A model generated the notes under the pieces. That model had not been told where the DNA came from and did not search any database. It saw only the letters and a program-made list of their open reading frames with translations. Of a DNA stretch of 64,000 bases, positions 31,834 to 41,819 are shown piece after piece. The translations under genes were made by a program, and so were the position numbers. This stretch comes from Candidatus Omnitrophota bacterium (lineage in GTDB: Bacteria > Omnitrophota > Gorgyraeia > Zapsychrales > Zapsychraceae): contig JAHFGL010000003.1 of assembly GCA_023247445.1 (NCBI GenBank), positions 78,128-142,127 on the forward strand, read 5' to 3'. How positions within the stretch are numbered: position 1 is the stretch's first letter; each line of letters opens with the position of its first letter.

Positions 31834-32510
31834 AGGTTCAGGCGATTTTACCTACCGCCGGCGCTGGGAGCCGGTTTAAATCAACCCTTCCTAAACCGTT
31901 GGTTTCATTAGGCGGCAAACCTATCTTTATCCATGCCTTGGAAGCTTTGGAGCAGAGCATCGCTATTGATAGTGTAATCTTGGTTGCCCCTGAAAGTCAT
32001 TTGAAAGAATTTGAGAAAGTCCTTAAGCAATACGATTTACATCGATCGACAAAAGTTGTGGCCGGCGGAAAAACGCGTTTTGAATCGGTCAGTAATGGTT
32101 TAAAGGCTCTTGATAAAGATACAGAGATTGTTTTGGTCCATGATGGCGCACGGCCACTAGTGACAACAAAAATTATTGATGAAGCGATTAATCTTTGCCA
32201 TAATGAGCCCGCTGTGATCGTGGCTGTTCCGGTTAAACCGACGATTAAGAGGGTCAATATAAAATTAGAGGTTAAAGAAACACTTCGGCGTGATGAGTTG
32301 TGGGAAGTTCAAACGCCGCAAGTTTTTAAAAAGGATATTCTCCTAAAAGCTCATGAAGAAGGTCGAGGGCTCGATGTTACTGATGATGCGGCTTTGGTAG
32401 AAAGACTAGGGATCAAGGTTAAGGTCGTCATGGGTGATTATCGAAATATAAAGATTACAACGAAGGAAGATTTGGTTATCGCTGAAGCTTTATTAACTTT
32501 AAATAATTAA
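31830..32510 (+). CDS. ispD: 2-C-methyl-D-erythritol 4-phosphate cytidylyltransferase
   Basis: AGAGSR, VHDGARP, QTPQVF, NIKITT motifs. Confidence 0.95.
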   Translation: MKVQAILPTAGAGSRFKSTLPKPLVSLGGKPIFIHALEALEQSIAIDSVILVAPESHLKEFEKVLKQYDLHRSTKVVAGGKTRFESVSNGLKALDKDTEIVLVHDGARPLVTTKIIDEAINLCHNEPAVIVAVPVKPTIKRVNIKLEVKETLRRDELWEVQTPQVFKKDILLKAHEEGRGLDVTDDAALVERLGIKVKVVMGDYRNIKITTKEDLVIAEALLTLNN

Positions 32511-32512
32511 GG

Positions 32513-32586
32513 GCTTTCAGCTATCAGACTTCAGCTATCAGCAGCTGGCAGCTACTGATAGCGGACAGCTGAAAGCAGACAGCTGG
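32513..32586. repeat. Heptamer tandem repeats in inverted arrangement
   Basis: GCTWTCA-type units followed by their complements (TGAWAGC-type) between ispD and ispF. Confidence 0.7.
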
Positions 32587-32593
32587 TCAAAAA

Positions 32594-33079
32594 ATGAAAT
32601 ATAGAACAGGTATTGGTTACGATATTCATCGATTAGTCGATGGACGCAAACTTATCTTAGGCGGAGTGGAGATCCCCCATCACAAAGGGCTTGATGGTCA
32701 CTCCGACGCAGATGTCTTGATTCATGCGATTTGTGATGCTATTCTAGGAGCTTTGGGAGAAGGCGATATTGGAGAACATTTCCCGAACACAGATCCACAG
32801 TATCGAAATATCTCTAGCATGATTTTATTGGAGCGGGTTTATGCCTTGGCCCAATCTAAAGGTTATGTGATCAATAACATCGATGCGATCGTTCAGGCCG
32901 AAGAGCCGAAGCTCAAGGAATATAAAAATAAAATGAAATTTCAGATTGCGTACAAACTAGCGTTAGTTGAGGATGCCATTAATATTAAAGCGACAACGCA
33001 GGAAGGTTTGGGGGCCATCGGAAACAAGGAAGGCATTGCCGCTTTTGCGTCGGTATTATTAATCAAGGAGTCGGAGTAA
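32594..33079 (+). CDS. ispF: 2-C-methyl-D-erythritol 2,4-cyclodiphosphate synthase
   Basis: GYDIH, GHSDADV, GDIGEHF, IKATT motifs. Confidence 0.96.
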   Translation: MKYRTGIGYDIHRLVDGRKLILGGVEIPHHKGLDGHSDADVLIHAICDAILGALGEGDIGEHFPNTDPQYRNISSMILLERVYALAQSKGYVINNIDAIVQAEEPKLKEYKNKMKFQIAYKLALVEDAINIKATTQEGLGAIGNKEGIAAFASVLLIKESE

Positions 33080-33768
33080 TGGATATTTTAGGTGGACTAC
33101 TGATGTTTATTTTTATCTTTGTTGGCTTTATTGTGACAATCGCGATTGTCTTTGCCCAAGAAATCAAATCAACAAAAGAAAAAGATCCTGCGGCTAAAGG
33201 ATATTTAGAGATTATTCTTCTTTATCCAGGGCTTCATGCGGTGATGTCGCACCGCATTGCCCATGTGTTATGGCAAATGAAAATACCTTTTTTGCCTCGA
33301 ATGATGTCACAAGTGGCTCGATTTTTTACCGGGGTTGAGATTCACCCTGGGGCGCAAATCGGCCAGGGACTTTTTATTGACCATGGGATGGCCGTTGTTA
33401 TTGGGGAGACATCAATTGTTGGCAATGATGTCACAATGTTTCAAGGCGCGACACTCGGTGGAACCGGAAAAGAAACCGGCAAAAGGCATCCAACGGTTGG
33501 TAGTGGCGTTGTCATTGGCGCTGGGGCAAAGGTTTTGGGAAATATTACGATTGGGGATAATTCTTATATTGGGGCTAACGCGGTTGTCCTGAGGGATGTT
33601 CCCGCGAACTCCACTGTCGTTGGCGTTCCAGGGCATATTACAAAACAAGACGGGAAAAAGATAGATTTAATGATGGATCATGCCCACGTCTCGGATCCAA
33701 TGATGCAGAATATGAAAGAGTTACTTAGAAGAATCAAAACGTTAGAAGATAAATTAAATGGTAAATAG
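33079..33768 (+). CDS. cysE: Serine O-acetyltransferase
   Basis: DPAA, YPGLHA, IHPGAQIG, FIDHG, GGTGKETGKRHP motifs; N-terminal hydrophobic extension. Confidence 0.92.
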   Translation: MDILGGLLMFIFIFVGFIVTIAIVFAQEIKSTKEKDPAAKGYLEIILLYPGLHAVMSHRIAHVLWQMKIPFLPRMMSQVARFFTGVEIHPGAQIGQGLFIDHGMAVVIGETSIVGNDVTMFQGATLGGTGKETGKRHPTVGSGVVIGAGAKVLGNITIGDNSYIGANAVVLRDVPANSTVVGVPGHITKQDGKKIDLMMDHAHVSDPMMQNMKELLRRIKTLEDKLNGK

Positions 33769-35172
33769 ATGTCCATTCATATATTCAATTCTCTCACCAA
33801 ACAAAAAGAAGAATTAGTTCCTCTAAACGGTAAGACGATCAAAATCTATTCGTGTGGGGTTACTGTCTACGATCGCTGCCATATTGGTCACGCCAGAAGT
33901 CTCTACGTTTTTGATACCATCAAACGATATTTAAAGTTCCGTGGTTACGATGTACAGTTTGTCCGCAATATTACCGATGTTGATGACAAAATCATTAATA
34001 AAGCCAAAGAGTTAAATAAGTCCAGCGACATGGTTGCGAAAGAAAACATCGAAGCCTATCAACAGGATTTAAAAAGCTTGGGGATTGATGAGGCGGATTG
34101 CGAACCGCGTGCCACCGACAACATCAAAGAAATTATTGATGCCATCACAACGCTTATCCAAAAAGGATTTGCGTATGCGGTTGAGGGGGATGTTTATTAC
34201 AACGTACGTAAGTTTCCTGAATATGGAAAACTATCGGGTCAAAGCGTTGATAAAATGCTCGAGGGCGTGCGCATTGATCAGAATGATAAGAAACATGATC
34301 CACTGGACTTTGCCTTATGGAAGAAATCCAAGGATGGCGAACCGGCGTGGGATAGCCCGTGGGGACCAGGGCGGCCGGGCTGGCATATTGAATGCACCTG
34401 CATGAGTTTAAAACATTTAAAAACTGATACGCTCGATATTCACGCGGGTGGACGAGATCTTATTTTCCCTCATCATGAGAATGAGATCGCGCAATCAGAG
34501 GCCTTGACGGGAAAACCATTCGCCAAATATTGGATTCACCATGGACTTTTGACGATTAACGGTCAGAAGATGGCCAAATCCTTGGGGAACTTTATTACAG
34601 TTGTCGATGCGCTCAAGAAATATAATGTCGATACGCTCAAAATGTTTTTTCTCTTTTCGCATTACACGAGCCCGATTGATTACACTGAACAAAAGATGGA
34701 TGATGCGCATAAAGCACTGCAAAAATTTGATATTTTGTTTTGGAAGGTGTATGAAATCCTCAAGCACCGTCAGGTTACCCCGGTTCAAAGTAATTTTATT
34801 GATAAGCATAATCAGGATTTTATTGAGGCGATGGATGATGATTTTAATACGCCTCAAGCACTGGCGAGTTTATTTAATTTTATTAATGACACAAATCGAT
34901 TTATTGAAGAGGCTCAGCCAAATCCTAATTATGAAGGAATTCTTTATCATGCGGTTGATACCATTGAAGGTTTGGCACGTGGCATTTTAGGATTATTCTC
35001 CAAGGAAAAAGATCAGGATTTAAGCGACGAAGATAGGACTCTTGTTGAAGATCGCAAGAAGGCTCGTGCTAATAAGGATTTTAAGCGTTCCGATGAGTTG
35101 CGCGATTTGTTAAAACAACGAAATATCATTGTTGAAGATACTAAGGATGGTCAGACGTGGCGGTGGGCTTGA
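33769..35172 (+). CDS. cysS: Cysteine--tRNA ligase
   Basis: HIGH, GRPGWHIEC, FPHHENE, KMAKS motifs. Confidence 0.97.
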   Translation: MSIHIFNSLTKQKEELVPLNGKTIKIYSCGVTVYDRCHIGHARSLYVFDTIKRYLKFRGYDVQFVRNITDVDDKIINKAKELNKSSDMVAKENIEAYQQDLKSLGIDEADCEPRATDNIKEIIDAITTLIQKGFAYAVEGDVYYNVRKFPEYGKLSGQSVDKMLEGVRIDQNDKKHDPLDFALWKKSKDGEPAWDSPWGPGRPGWHIECTCMSLKHLKTDTLDIHAGGRDLIFPHHENEIAQSEALTGKPFAKYWIHHGLLTINGQKMAKSLGNFITVVDALKKYNVDTLKMFFLFSHYTSPIDYTEQKMDDAHKALQKFDILFWKVYEILKHRQVTPVQSNFIDKHNQDFIEAMDDDFNTPQALASLFNFINDTNRFIEEAQPNPNYEGILYHAVDTIEGLARGILGLFSKEKDQDLSDEDRTLVEDRKKARANKDFKRSDELRDLLKQRNIIVEDTKDGQTWRWA

Positions 35173-35792
35173 AAAAATATAAGGGAAAATTTATTACATT
35201 TGAAGGCTCGGAAGGTTCTGGTAAAAGCACACAGATCGAGCTGATTTCGCAGTATCTGAAATCGAAGAAAATTCCGCTTCTTTTACTACGTGAACCGGGC
35301 GGGGTTAAGATCAGCGAGAAGATACGTCAGATTTTGTTAGATGTTGAGAACAAAGGCATGGGTGATGAATGTGAAACCCTTTTGTATATGGCGGCGCGCG
35401 CACAATTAGTTCATGAAGTCGTTGCCCCGGCGCTTAAGGAAGGCAAGCTTGTTCTCTGTGATCGTTTCCTGGACTCCACGGTTGTCTATCAAGGATATGG
35501 CAACGGCGTTGATATTGCTTTCATAAAAAGAATTGGGAAATTCGTTACTAAGGGAATTACACCCCATTTAACTTTTATTTTTGATATTGAGGCCGCGAAG
35601 GGTCTAGCGCGGATTAATCGTGCTAAAGATCGAATTGAACAAAAGGCCTTAACTTATCATAATCGTGTGCGCAGCGGTTATCTTGATATTGCCCGCCGTG
35701 AACCTAAGCGTATTAAAGTTATTAAAGTCGACAAAAGCAAAGAAGAAATTCATTTGATGATACGAAAACATATTGATCGATTGTTGAGTTAG
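35157..35792 (+). CDS. tmk: Thymidylate kinase
   Basis: FITFEGSEGSGKST, REPGG, CDRF, YQG motifs; exact start uncertain. Confidence 0.95.
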   Translation: MAVGLKKYKGKFITFEGSEGSGKSTQIELISQYLKSKKIPLLLLREPGGVKISEKIRQILLDVENKGMGDECETLLYMAARAQLVHEVVAPALKEGKLVLCDRFLDSTVVYQGYGNGVDIAFIKRIGKFVTKGITPHLTFIFDIEAAKGLARINRAKDRIEQKALTYHNRVRSGYLDIARREPKRIKVIKVDKSKEEIHLMIRKHIDRLLS

Positions 35793-35797
35793 TTGCC

Positions 35798-36769
35798 ATG
35801 CAAAAAGAAATTCAAATCAATGATTCCGCTGTTAATCGTTTAATTACTTTAAACAAGAATAAACATTTGGCACATGCCTATCTTTTTATTGGGCCCAAAG
35901 ATTCTGGCAAAGGGGAAACAGCCCTTACGATTGCCAAGATTATTAACTGTGAAAAGAATATCGAGGGAAAAGAGATTCAGGCCTGCGATGGGTGTCCATC
36001 GTGTGTTAAGGTAAACGCCGGTCATCATCCCGATATTCATATTACGGAAAGCGCCTATGGCGACACGATCAAGATTGAAGAAGTTCGTGACCTTTTGGAT
36101 CAAATTCGTTTGCGGCCATTTATGGGTGTCAAAAAGATTTTTATTATGAAAAATATAGAAAATTTAACAGCTGAGGCGGGCAATGCTTTGCTAAAGACGC
36201 TAGAAGAGCCATCTGCGAATAGTCTTTTGCTTCTAACAACCTCTGTGCTTGAAAAGAATTTGGATACAATTAAGTCGCGTTGTCATGCGATTTATTTTTT
36301 GCCAACGGCCAATAACCGTCTGGCCGAGGTTCTGACAAAGTATCATCACCAAGATCCGCTTGATGCTCATTTTTTGGCTTATTTTTCAGAAGGGTGTTTG
36401 GGAAAAGCCAAGAAATTAAAAGATGATAAAATTATTGAGCGTAAGAATGACATTATCGACCGGTTCATTCTTTCTGACGGGGGAGAGGCTTTCTTGAAAG
36501 AAATCTTAGCCGAAAAAGATAAAACTAAAGAGTTCTTAGATATTTTGTTATGCTGGGTTCATGATGCGCTTTTGGTTAAGGCCCAGGCCGCAGAAGAGAA
36601 TCTCATTAACCAAGATCGTGTGAAGGATCTAAATAAATTCCAATTGCGACATTCATTTGCGGAGTTGGAATCTTTGTACGAAGAAATTGTGAAGATGTGC
36701 CAATGGCTCGATGAAAATCTGAATTTAAAGATGCCGTTGTTGATTATAAAGGAGAGACTTCATGGGTAA
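35798..36769 (+). CDS. holB: DNA polymerase III subunit delta'
   Basis: HAYLF, C..C..C zinc site, HPD, NALLKTLEEP, TIKSRC; follows tmk. Confidence 0.93.
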   Translation: MQKEIQINDSAVNRLITLNKNKHLAHAYLFIGPKDSGKGETALTIAKIINCEKNIEGKEIQACDGCPSCVKVNAGHHPDIHITESAYGDTIKIEEVRDLLDQIRLRPFMGVKKIFIMKNIENLTAEAGNALLKTLEEPSANSLLLLTTSVLEKNLDTIKSRCHAIYFLPTANNRLAEVLTKYHHQDPLDAHFLAYFSEGCLGKAKKLKDDKIIERKNDIIDRFILSDGGEAFLKEILAEKDKTKEFLDILLCWVHDALLVKAQAAEENLINQDRVKDLNKFQLRHSFAELESLYEEIVKMCQWLDENLNLKMPLLIIKERLHG

Positions 36770-37637
36770 GCTCATTAAAATACAGCTGGGTGAGTATCGT
36801 GGGATCGATTGGTATGATTTAAACAGTATCGATTGCGAGCGTGATGATTATGTAATTTTGGAACAAGATAAAGGATCAGAATTTGGTAAGGTCATCTCCG
36901 AAGTCAAAACAGCGTGCGAGGGTAAGACAGAAAATGCCAAAGGCAAGGTAGTTCGCAAAGCGACAGAAGGTGATTTAAAGCAGATCGAAAACAATCGCAT
37001 GAAGACAAAGGATACGCTCAATACATGTTTACGCAAAATTAATGAACGTAAACTCGATATGCAGATTATCAAGGCCGAGTATACTTTTGACAGTAGCAAG
37101 ATTATATTTTTCTTCGTTGCAGAAGGCCGCGTTGATTTCCGTAGTTTGGTTAAAGATTTGGCTGGAATTTTTCGTATACGGATTGAATTAAAACAAGTGG
37201 GGGTTCGCGATAAAGCTAAGGTCGTTGGTGGTTATGGCGTCTGTGGGCGAGAACTTTGCTGCACATCCTATATGCATAATTTCCATCAACTCTCAATTAA
37301 GATGGCAAAGGAACAGGGACTGCCGCTCAATCCATCAAGAATCTCCGGCGTCTGTGGCCGGATTAAATGTTGTATGGCGTATGAGTTTTCTGTCTATCGC
37401 GAATTTGCCAGAGCCTTGCCGCGCGTTGGCGAGAAAATCAATATTGCCGAGGGAAAAGGAAGGGTTTTGGAAGTGAATATTTTAAAACAAATAATCAGTG
37501 TTGATTTAGGTGAGGGGCGCGTTATTCGAACAGTTTTTGATAAGAATCAAAACGCTGAAGTTTTAACTGGTGCCAGAAAAGATGAACCAGAAACAAACGG
37601 CAGTGATGAATTTAATGAAGAAGACTTTAAGGAATAA
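36762..37637 (+). CDS. ricT: PSP1-domain Fe-S protein RicT/YaaT
   Basis: RVDFRSLVKDL, GVCGRELCC, ISGVCGRIKCC motifs; holB-yaaT-metG order. Confidence 0.88.
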   Translation: MGKLIKIQLGEYRGIDWYDLNSIDCERDDYVILEQDKGSEFGKVISEVKTACEGKTENAKGKVVRKATEGDLKQIENNRMKTKDTLNTCLRKINERKLDMQIIKAEYTFDSSKIIFFFVAEGRVDFRSLVKDLAGIFRIRIELKQVGVRDKAKVVGGYGVCGRELCCTSYMHNFHQLSIKMAKEQGLPLNPSRISGVCGRIKCCMAYEFSVYREFARALPRVGEKINIAEGKGRVLEVNILKQIISVDLGEGRVIRTVFDKNQNAEVLTGARKDEPETNGSDEFNEEDFKE

Positions 37638-37649
37638 TGTTCAAACACT

Positions 37650-39152
37650 ATGTCTCGCCCAAAGTTTTATGTCACAACTCCGATTTATTACGTCAATGAC
37701 AAGCCGCATATTGGCCATGCCTATACAACGATTCTCGCCGATTGTTTAGCCCGCTTTCATCGCTCTTTAGGTGATGAAACATTTTTTTTAACCGGTTTAG
37801 ATGAGCATGGACAAAAAGTTCAGCAGGCCGCTGAGAAGCGCGGGATGACGCCTCAGGCGCACTGCGATGATTTGGCGCCGCGATTCTTACAGCTTTGGGA
37901 GAAGTTGCAAATTAAATATGATGATTTTATTCGCACAACCGAAGATCGTCATAAGAAAATTGTTCAACTAGCCCTTCAAAAAGTTTATGACAATGGTGAT
38001 GTGTATGCGGATGAATATGAGGGTTGGTATTCTGTCGCCGAAGAACGTTTTATTACGGATCTTGAAAAAGAGTCTGGTCAGTTTCGAGAAGTAAAACAGA
38101 TCAAAGAACGTAACTGGTTCTTTAAGATGAGTAAGTATCAACAGCAGCTTATTGATTATATCCAAAGTCATCCAGAATTTATCCAACCCAATCATCGGCG
38201 TAATGAAATTTTAGGCTTTTTGCAAAAGCCGTTGGGGGATTTGTGTATCTCTCGACCGAAATCGCGCCTCTCCTGGGGCATTGAGATTCCTTTTGCCAAA
38301 GATTACGTGACGTATGTTTGGTTTGATGCGCTGATTAATTATATTTCGGTTCCGGGATGGGGAACTGATGACGCGAAATTTAAGAAGTGGTGGCCGGCCT
38401 CAGTTCACTTAATTGGTAAAGATATCTTAACAACGCATGCGGTTTATTGGCCGACGATGTTATTTTCTCTTGGACTTCCGCTGCCAGAAAAAATATTTGC
38501 CCATGGTTGGTGGTTGATCGGCGAAACGAAGATGAGTAAATCTTTAGGCAATGTGGTTAATCCGCTAGACTTGGTTGATCAATATGGCGTTGATGCGGTG
38601 CGATATTTCTTAATGCGCGAGATGATTTTAGGTCAAGATGCCAACTTCACGATCGAATTATTTACCAAACGCTACAATAGTGATTTAGCGAACGATTTTG
38701 GAAATCTTCTTAATCGTGTTAGCGGTTTGATTGGGAAACATTTTGAAGGAGTTGTTCCTGTTTCTGATAAGTTAACAGAATCGGAAAATGAAATAAAAAA
38801 TATGGCTGATGGGTTGCCTTCAAAGGTTAAAGAATTGATTTACAATTTACAGATGAATGACGCCATCGAGGCGATCATTGAGCTTGTGCGTCGAGTTAAT
38901 CGATATGTCGAACATCAAGCGCCATGGAAGGTTATTAAGGAAGATCGGGTAAGGGCGGGGACAATTTTATATACAGCAACGGAAGGTTTGCGCATAAGCG
39001 CGGTGCTTTTATCAGCGGTTATGCCAATGAAAACCAAAATCGTGTTGGATGTGTTGGGCGCGTTGGATTCCAAGCCGCGCTGGGGAGAATTAAAGGCTGG
39101 GACGAAATTAAAATCTCATGAGGCGTTGTTTCCGAGACTTGAAATTAAATAG
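37650..39152 (+). CDS. metG: Methionine--tRNA ligase (short form)
   Basis: YYVN..PHIGH, YVWFDALINY, IGKDI, KMSKS motifs. Confidence 0.96.
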   Translation: MSRPKFYVTTPIYYVNDKPHIGHAYTTILADCLARFHRSLGDETFFLTGLDEHGQKVQQAAEKRGMTPQAHCDDLAPRFLQLWEKLQIKYDDFIRTTEDRHKKIVQLALQKVYDNGDVYADEYEGWYSVAEERFITDLEKESGQFREVKQIKERNWFFKMSKYQQQLIDYIQSHPEFIQPNHRRNEILGFLQKPLGDLCISRPKSRLSWGIEIPFAKDYVTYVWFDALINYISVPGWGTDDAKFKKWWPASVHLIGKDILTTHAVYWPTMLFSLGLPLPEKIFAHGWWLIGETKMSKSLGNVVNPLDLVDQYGVDAVRYFLMREMILGQDANFTIELFTKRYNSDLANDFGNLLNRVSGLIGKHFEGVVPVSDKLTESENEIKNMADGLPSKVKELIYNLQMNDAIEAIIELVRRVNRYVEHQAPWKVIKEDRVRAGTILYTATEGLRISAVLLSAVMPMKTKIVLDVLGALDSKPRWGELKAGTKLKSHEALFPRLEIK

Positions 39153-39236
39153 AAGATAGAAAATAGAAGATGGAGGATGGATGAAGATGGATGGTAGAAT
39201 CGATGAGCTATCTTCTATCATCCATCTTCTATCTTC
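39151..39236. repeat. Heptamer-like purine/pyrimidine inverted repeats
   Basis: AGAAGAT/GGAGGAT-type units followed by complementary ATCTTCT units. Confidence 0.65.
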
Positions 39237-39262
39237 GAGCGTGATATAAAGAGGTAGGTAAC

Positions 39263-40330
39263 ATGTCGATCCAGACAATTAAGTGGAACAAAGGTGTTGC
39301 CAAAATAATTGATCAGACAAAACTTCCCAATAAATTGGAATATATTTATTGTCGCGATGTCGAAATAATGTGGGACGCGATTAAAAGATTGTGTGTCCGC
39401 GGCGCGCCGGCGTTAGGAGTCGCGGCGGCGTTTGGGGTTTTGTTAGGACTTAAAGAATTCAAAGGACAAGATACGAAGGCATTCCTCAAACATATCAAAA
39501 AGGTTTGCGATTATATTGGAACCTCGCGTCCAACAGCGGTCAATTTGTTTAATGCGTTAGAACAGATGAAGGCCGTCGCGTTTAAGAATCAAAATGTTTC
39601 TGTAGCCAAGCTAAAAGCAATCTTAGAAAAAGAAGCTTTGTCAATATTCGAAGAAGATCGCCGCGTTTGCCGCCGGATGGGAGAGTTTGGTGCTAACCTT
39701 ATTCCAAATAATAGTCAGATTATGACCGTTTGTAACGCCGGTGCGCTGGCCACTGTTGATTATGGAACAGCGTTGGGAGTAATGTACAAGGCCAAAGAAA
39801 AAGGAAAAAAATTTAAGGTGTATGCCTGCGAGACGCGGCCGCTCTTGCAAGGCGCGCGTTTAACCGCGTGGGAACTTTTACAAGAAAATATTCATACGAC
39901 ACTAATTTGCGATAACATGGCGGCGAGCTTGATGAAGAAGGGAAAGGTCGATGCTATTTTTGCCGGTGCGGATCGGATTGCTTCTAATGGAGATACAGCG
40001 AACAAAATTGGAACTTATAGTCTTGCAGTTTTGGCCAAACATCACCATGTTCCCTTTTATATTGTGGCACCATACTCAACGTTTGATTTAACAATTAAAA
40101 GCGGAAAAGAAATTCCTATTGAGGAGCGTAGTGCCTCGGAGGTCACCAATTTTCGTGGTGTGGTCACCGCCCCCGCCAACGTGAACGTCTATAATCCTGC
40201 CTTTGATGTAACAGACCATAAACTTATTACGGCGATTGTCACCGAAGCTGGTATCATCCGTCCGCCGTTTCGTCAGAATATTAAGAGAATATTTAATCAC
40301 AAGGGTCAAGGGGCAAGGACCAAGGAGTAG
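39263..40330 (+). CDS. mtnA: S-methyl-5-thioribose-1-phosphate isomerase
   Basis: VRGAPA, RPTAVNL, CNAGALAT, ETRP, NGDTANKIGTY, NPAFDVT motifs. Confidence 0.95.
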   Translation: MSIQTIKWNKGVAKIIDQTKLPNKLEYIYCRDVEIMWDAIKRLCVRGAPALGVAAAFGVLLGLKEFKGQDTKAFLKHIKKVCDYIGTSRPTAVNLFNALEQMKAVAFKNQNVSVAKLKAILEKEALSIFEEDRRVCRRMGEFGANLIPNNSQIMTVCNAGALATVDYGTALGVMYKAKEKGKKFKVYACETRPLLQGARLTAWELLQENIHTTLICDNMAASLMKKGKVDAIFAGADRIASNGDTANKIGTYSLAVLAKHHHVPFYIVAPYSTFDLTIKSGKEIPIEERSASEVTNFRGVVTAPANVNVYNPAFDVTDHKLITAIVTEAGIIRPPFRQNIKRIFNHKGQGARTKE

Positions 40331-40368
40331 GGTTTCTTCATGACCCTTGCGCCTTGCTACTTGACCCA
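40300..40368. repeat. Heptamer repeats in inverted arrangement, overlapping the mtnA stop
   Basis: CAAGGGT CAAGGGG CAAGGAC CAAGGAG, then CCTTG-type complements. Confidence 0.65.
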
Positions 40369-40376
40369 GCGAGTTT

Positions 40377-41273
40377 ATGAAAAAAATTTCCGACATCGGT
40401 GAATTTGGATTTATTGATCTGATTAAGAAGCAGATTGGATCATCCTCGATTATTAAGGGAATCGGCGATGATACGGCGGTTGTCAATTTTAGCGCTGACA
40501 AGTATTTACTTTTAACAACAGACATGTTGGTCGAAGGCGTTCATTTTACACGAGCGATGTCGGCGAAAGCGATCGGTCATAAAGCGATTGGCTGTAATAT
40601 CAGTGATATCGCCGCGATGGGAGGTCTTCCTAAATATGCAGTAGTTTCAATTGGTTTATCAGGAAATTTATCGATTAAGTTTGCTACAGATATTTATGCG
40701 GGGATGAATCAACTCGCCAAGAAGTTTGGCGTTGTGATTGTCGGTGGTGATACGGTAAAGTCATCAAAACTGATTATCAATGTTGCTTTGACAGGTGAGG
40801 TTAAAAAAGATAAAGTTGTCCTGCGATCGGGTGCGAAAAAGGGCGATCAGATTTTTGTCACCGGAGCACTGGGAAAATCATTCTCAAGCGGCCGACATTT
40901 AACATTTACGCCGCGGCTTTTGCCATCACAATATTTGGTGAAACATTTCAAACCAACGGCGATGATTGATATCTCCGATGGCCTTGCCGCTGATTTAGGA
41001 CATGTTTTGGAAGAAAGTAACGTGGGCGCGATCATCGATGAAAAATGCATTCCGCGACATCAGGGAGCAAGTTTTAATAATGCTTTGCATGATGGCGAAG
41101 ACTTTGAGCTTCTTTTTACGTTATCCAGGGCTCAAGCGCAGCGATTAAAGAGCAAAAAAGATTTTAAGTTTTATCATATCGGTGAAATAACATCGGATAA
41201 AAACAAGTTGAGGTTAATTGATAAATTTGGACAGAGCCGAATTCTTGGCCAAAAAGGTTTTGTACATTTTTAG
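40377..41273 (+). CDS. thiL: Thiamine-monophosphate kinase
   Basis: GEF, GIGDD, EGVHF, SDIAAMG, GGDT, DISDGL, GEDFEL motifs. Confidence 0.95.
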   Translation: MKKISDIGEFGFIDLIKKQIGSSSIIKGIGDDTAVVNFSADKYLLLTTDMLVEGVHFTRAMSAKAIGHKAIGCNISDIAAMGGLPKYAVVSIGLSGNLSIKFATDIYAGMNQLAKKFGVVIVGGDTVKSSKLIINVALTGEVKKDKVVLRSGAKKGDQIFVTGALGKSFSSGRHLTFTPRLLPSQYLVKHFKPTAMIDISDGLAADLGHVLEESNVGAIIDEKCIPRHQGASFNNALHDGEDFELLFTLSRAQAQRLKSKKDFKFYHIGEITSDKNKLRLIDKFGQSRILGQKGFVHF

Positions 41274-41371
41274 ATGAAGATAGAAGGGAGAAGATGGAAA
41301 ATGGATGAAGATGGAAAGTAGAATAAGATCATTCCACATTCTATTGTCCATCCTCTATTTTCCCGCTCCAT
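41272..41371. repeat. Degenerate heptamer-like inverted repeats
   Basis: GAAGAT(A/G)G-type units, then pyrimidine complements; similar to 39151-39236. Confidence 0.55.
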
Positions 41372-41372
41372 A

Positions 41373-41819
41373 ATGATCACATTTATATCCAATAGTCCAG
41401 AGACCACAGCTAAGTTTGGCGAACGATTAGCAAAAAAGCTAAAGCCTGGGGATATCCTCTGTCTTACTGGAGATTTAGGAACTGGCAAGACGACGTTTGT
41501 AAAGGGATTGGCGAAAGGATTAAAGGTTGATCAGGCAAAGGTGAGCAGTCCGACATTTGTTGTGATGAATTGCTACGATGGCAAACTTCCTTTATACCAT
41601 TTTGATTTGTATCGCCTTGAAGATATTAAGGAGATGGGCGCGATTGGTTATGATGAGTTTCTGTATGGCGAGGGGATTGCGGTGATTGAATGGGCTGAGC
41701 GACTTAAAGAACTCATGCCAAAAGAATATTTACAGATTCAATTAGAACATCAGGGACCGAATGAACGCGTAATTAAATTAAATGCAATTGGAAAACGATA
41801 TGAAACTCTTATCAATTGA
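41373..41819 (+). CDS. tsaE: t6A biosynthesis ATPase TsaE
   Basis: GDLGTGKT, SSPTF, HFDLYRL, IEW motifs. Confidence 0.95.
   Translation: MITFISNSPETTAKFGERLAKKLKPGDILCLTGDLGTGKTTFVKGLAKGLKVDQAKVSSPTFVVMNCYDGKLPLYHFDLYRLEDIKEMGAIGYDEFLYGEGIAVIEWAERLKELMPKEYLQIQLEHQGPNERVIKLNAIGKRYETLIN

Noticed and set aside
38010-38120. MetG lacking zinc-knuckle cysteines
   Set aside because: Zinc-free short-knuckle MetRS subfamilies are established.
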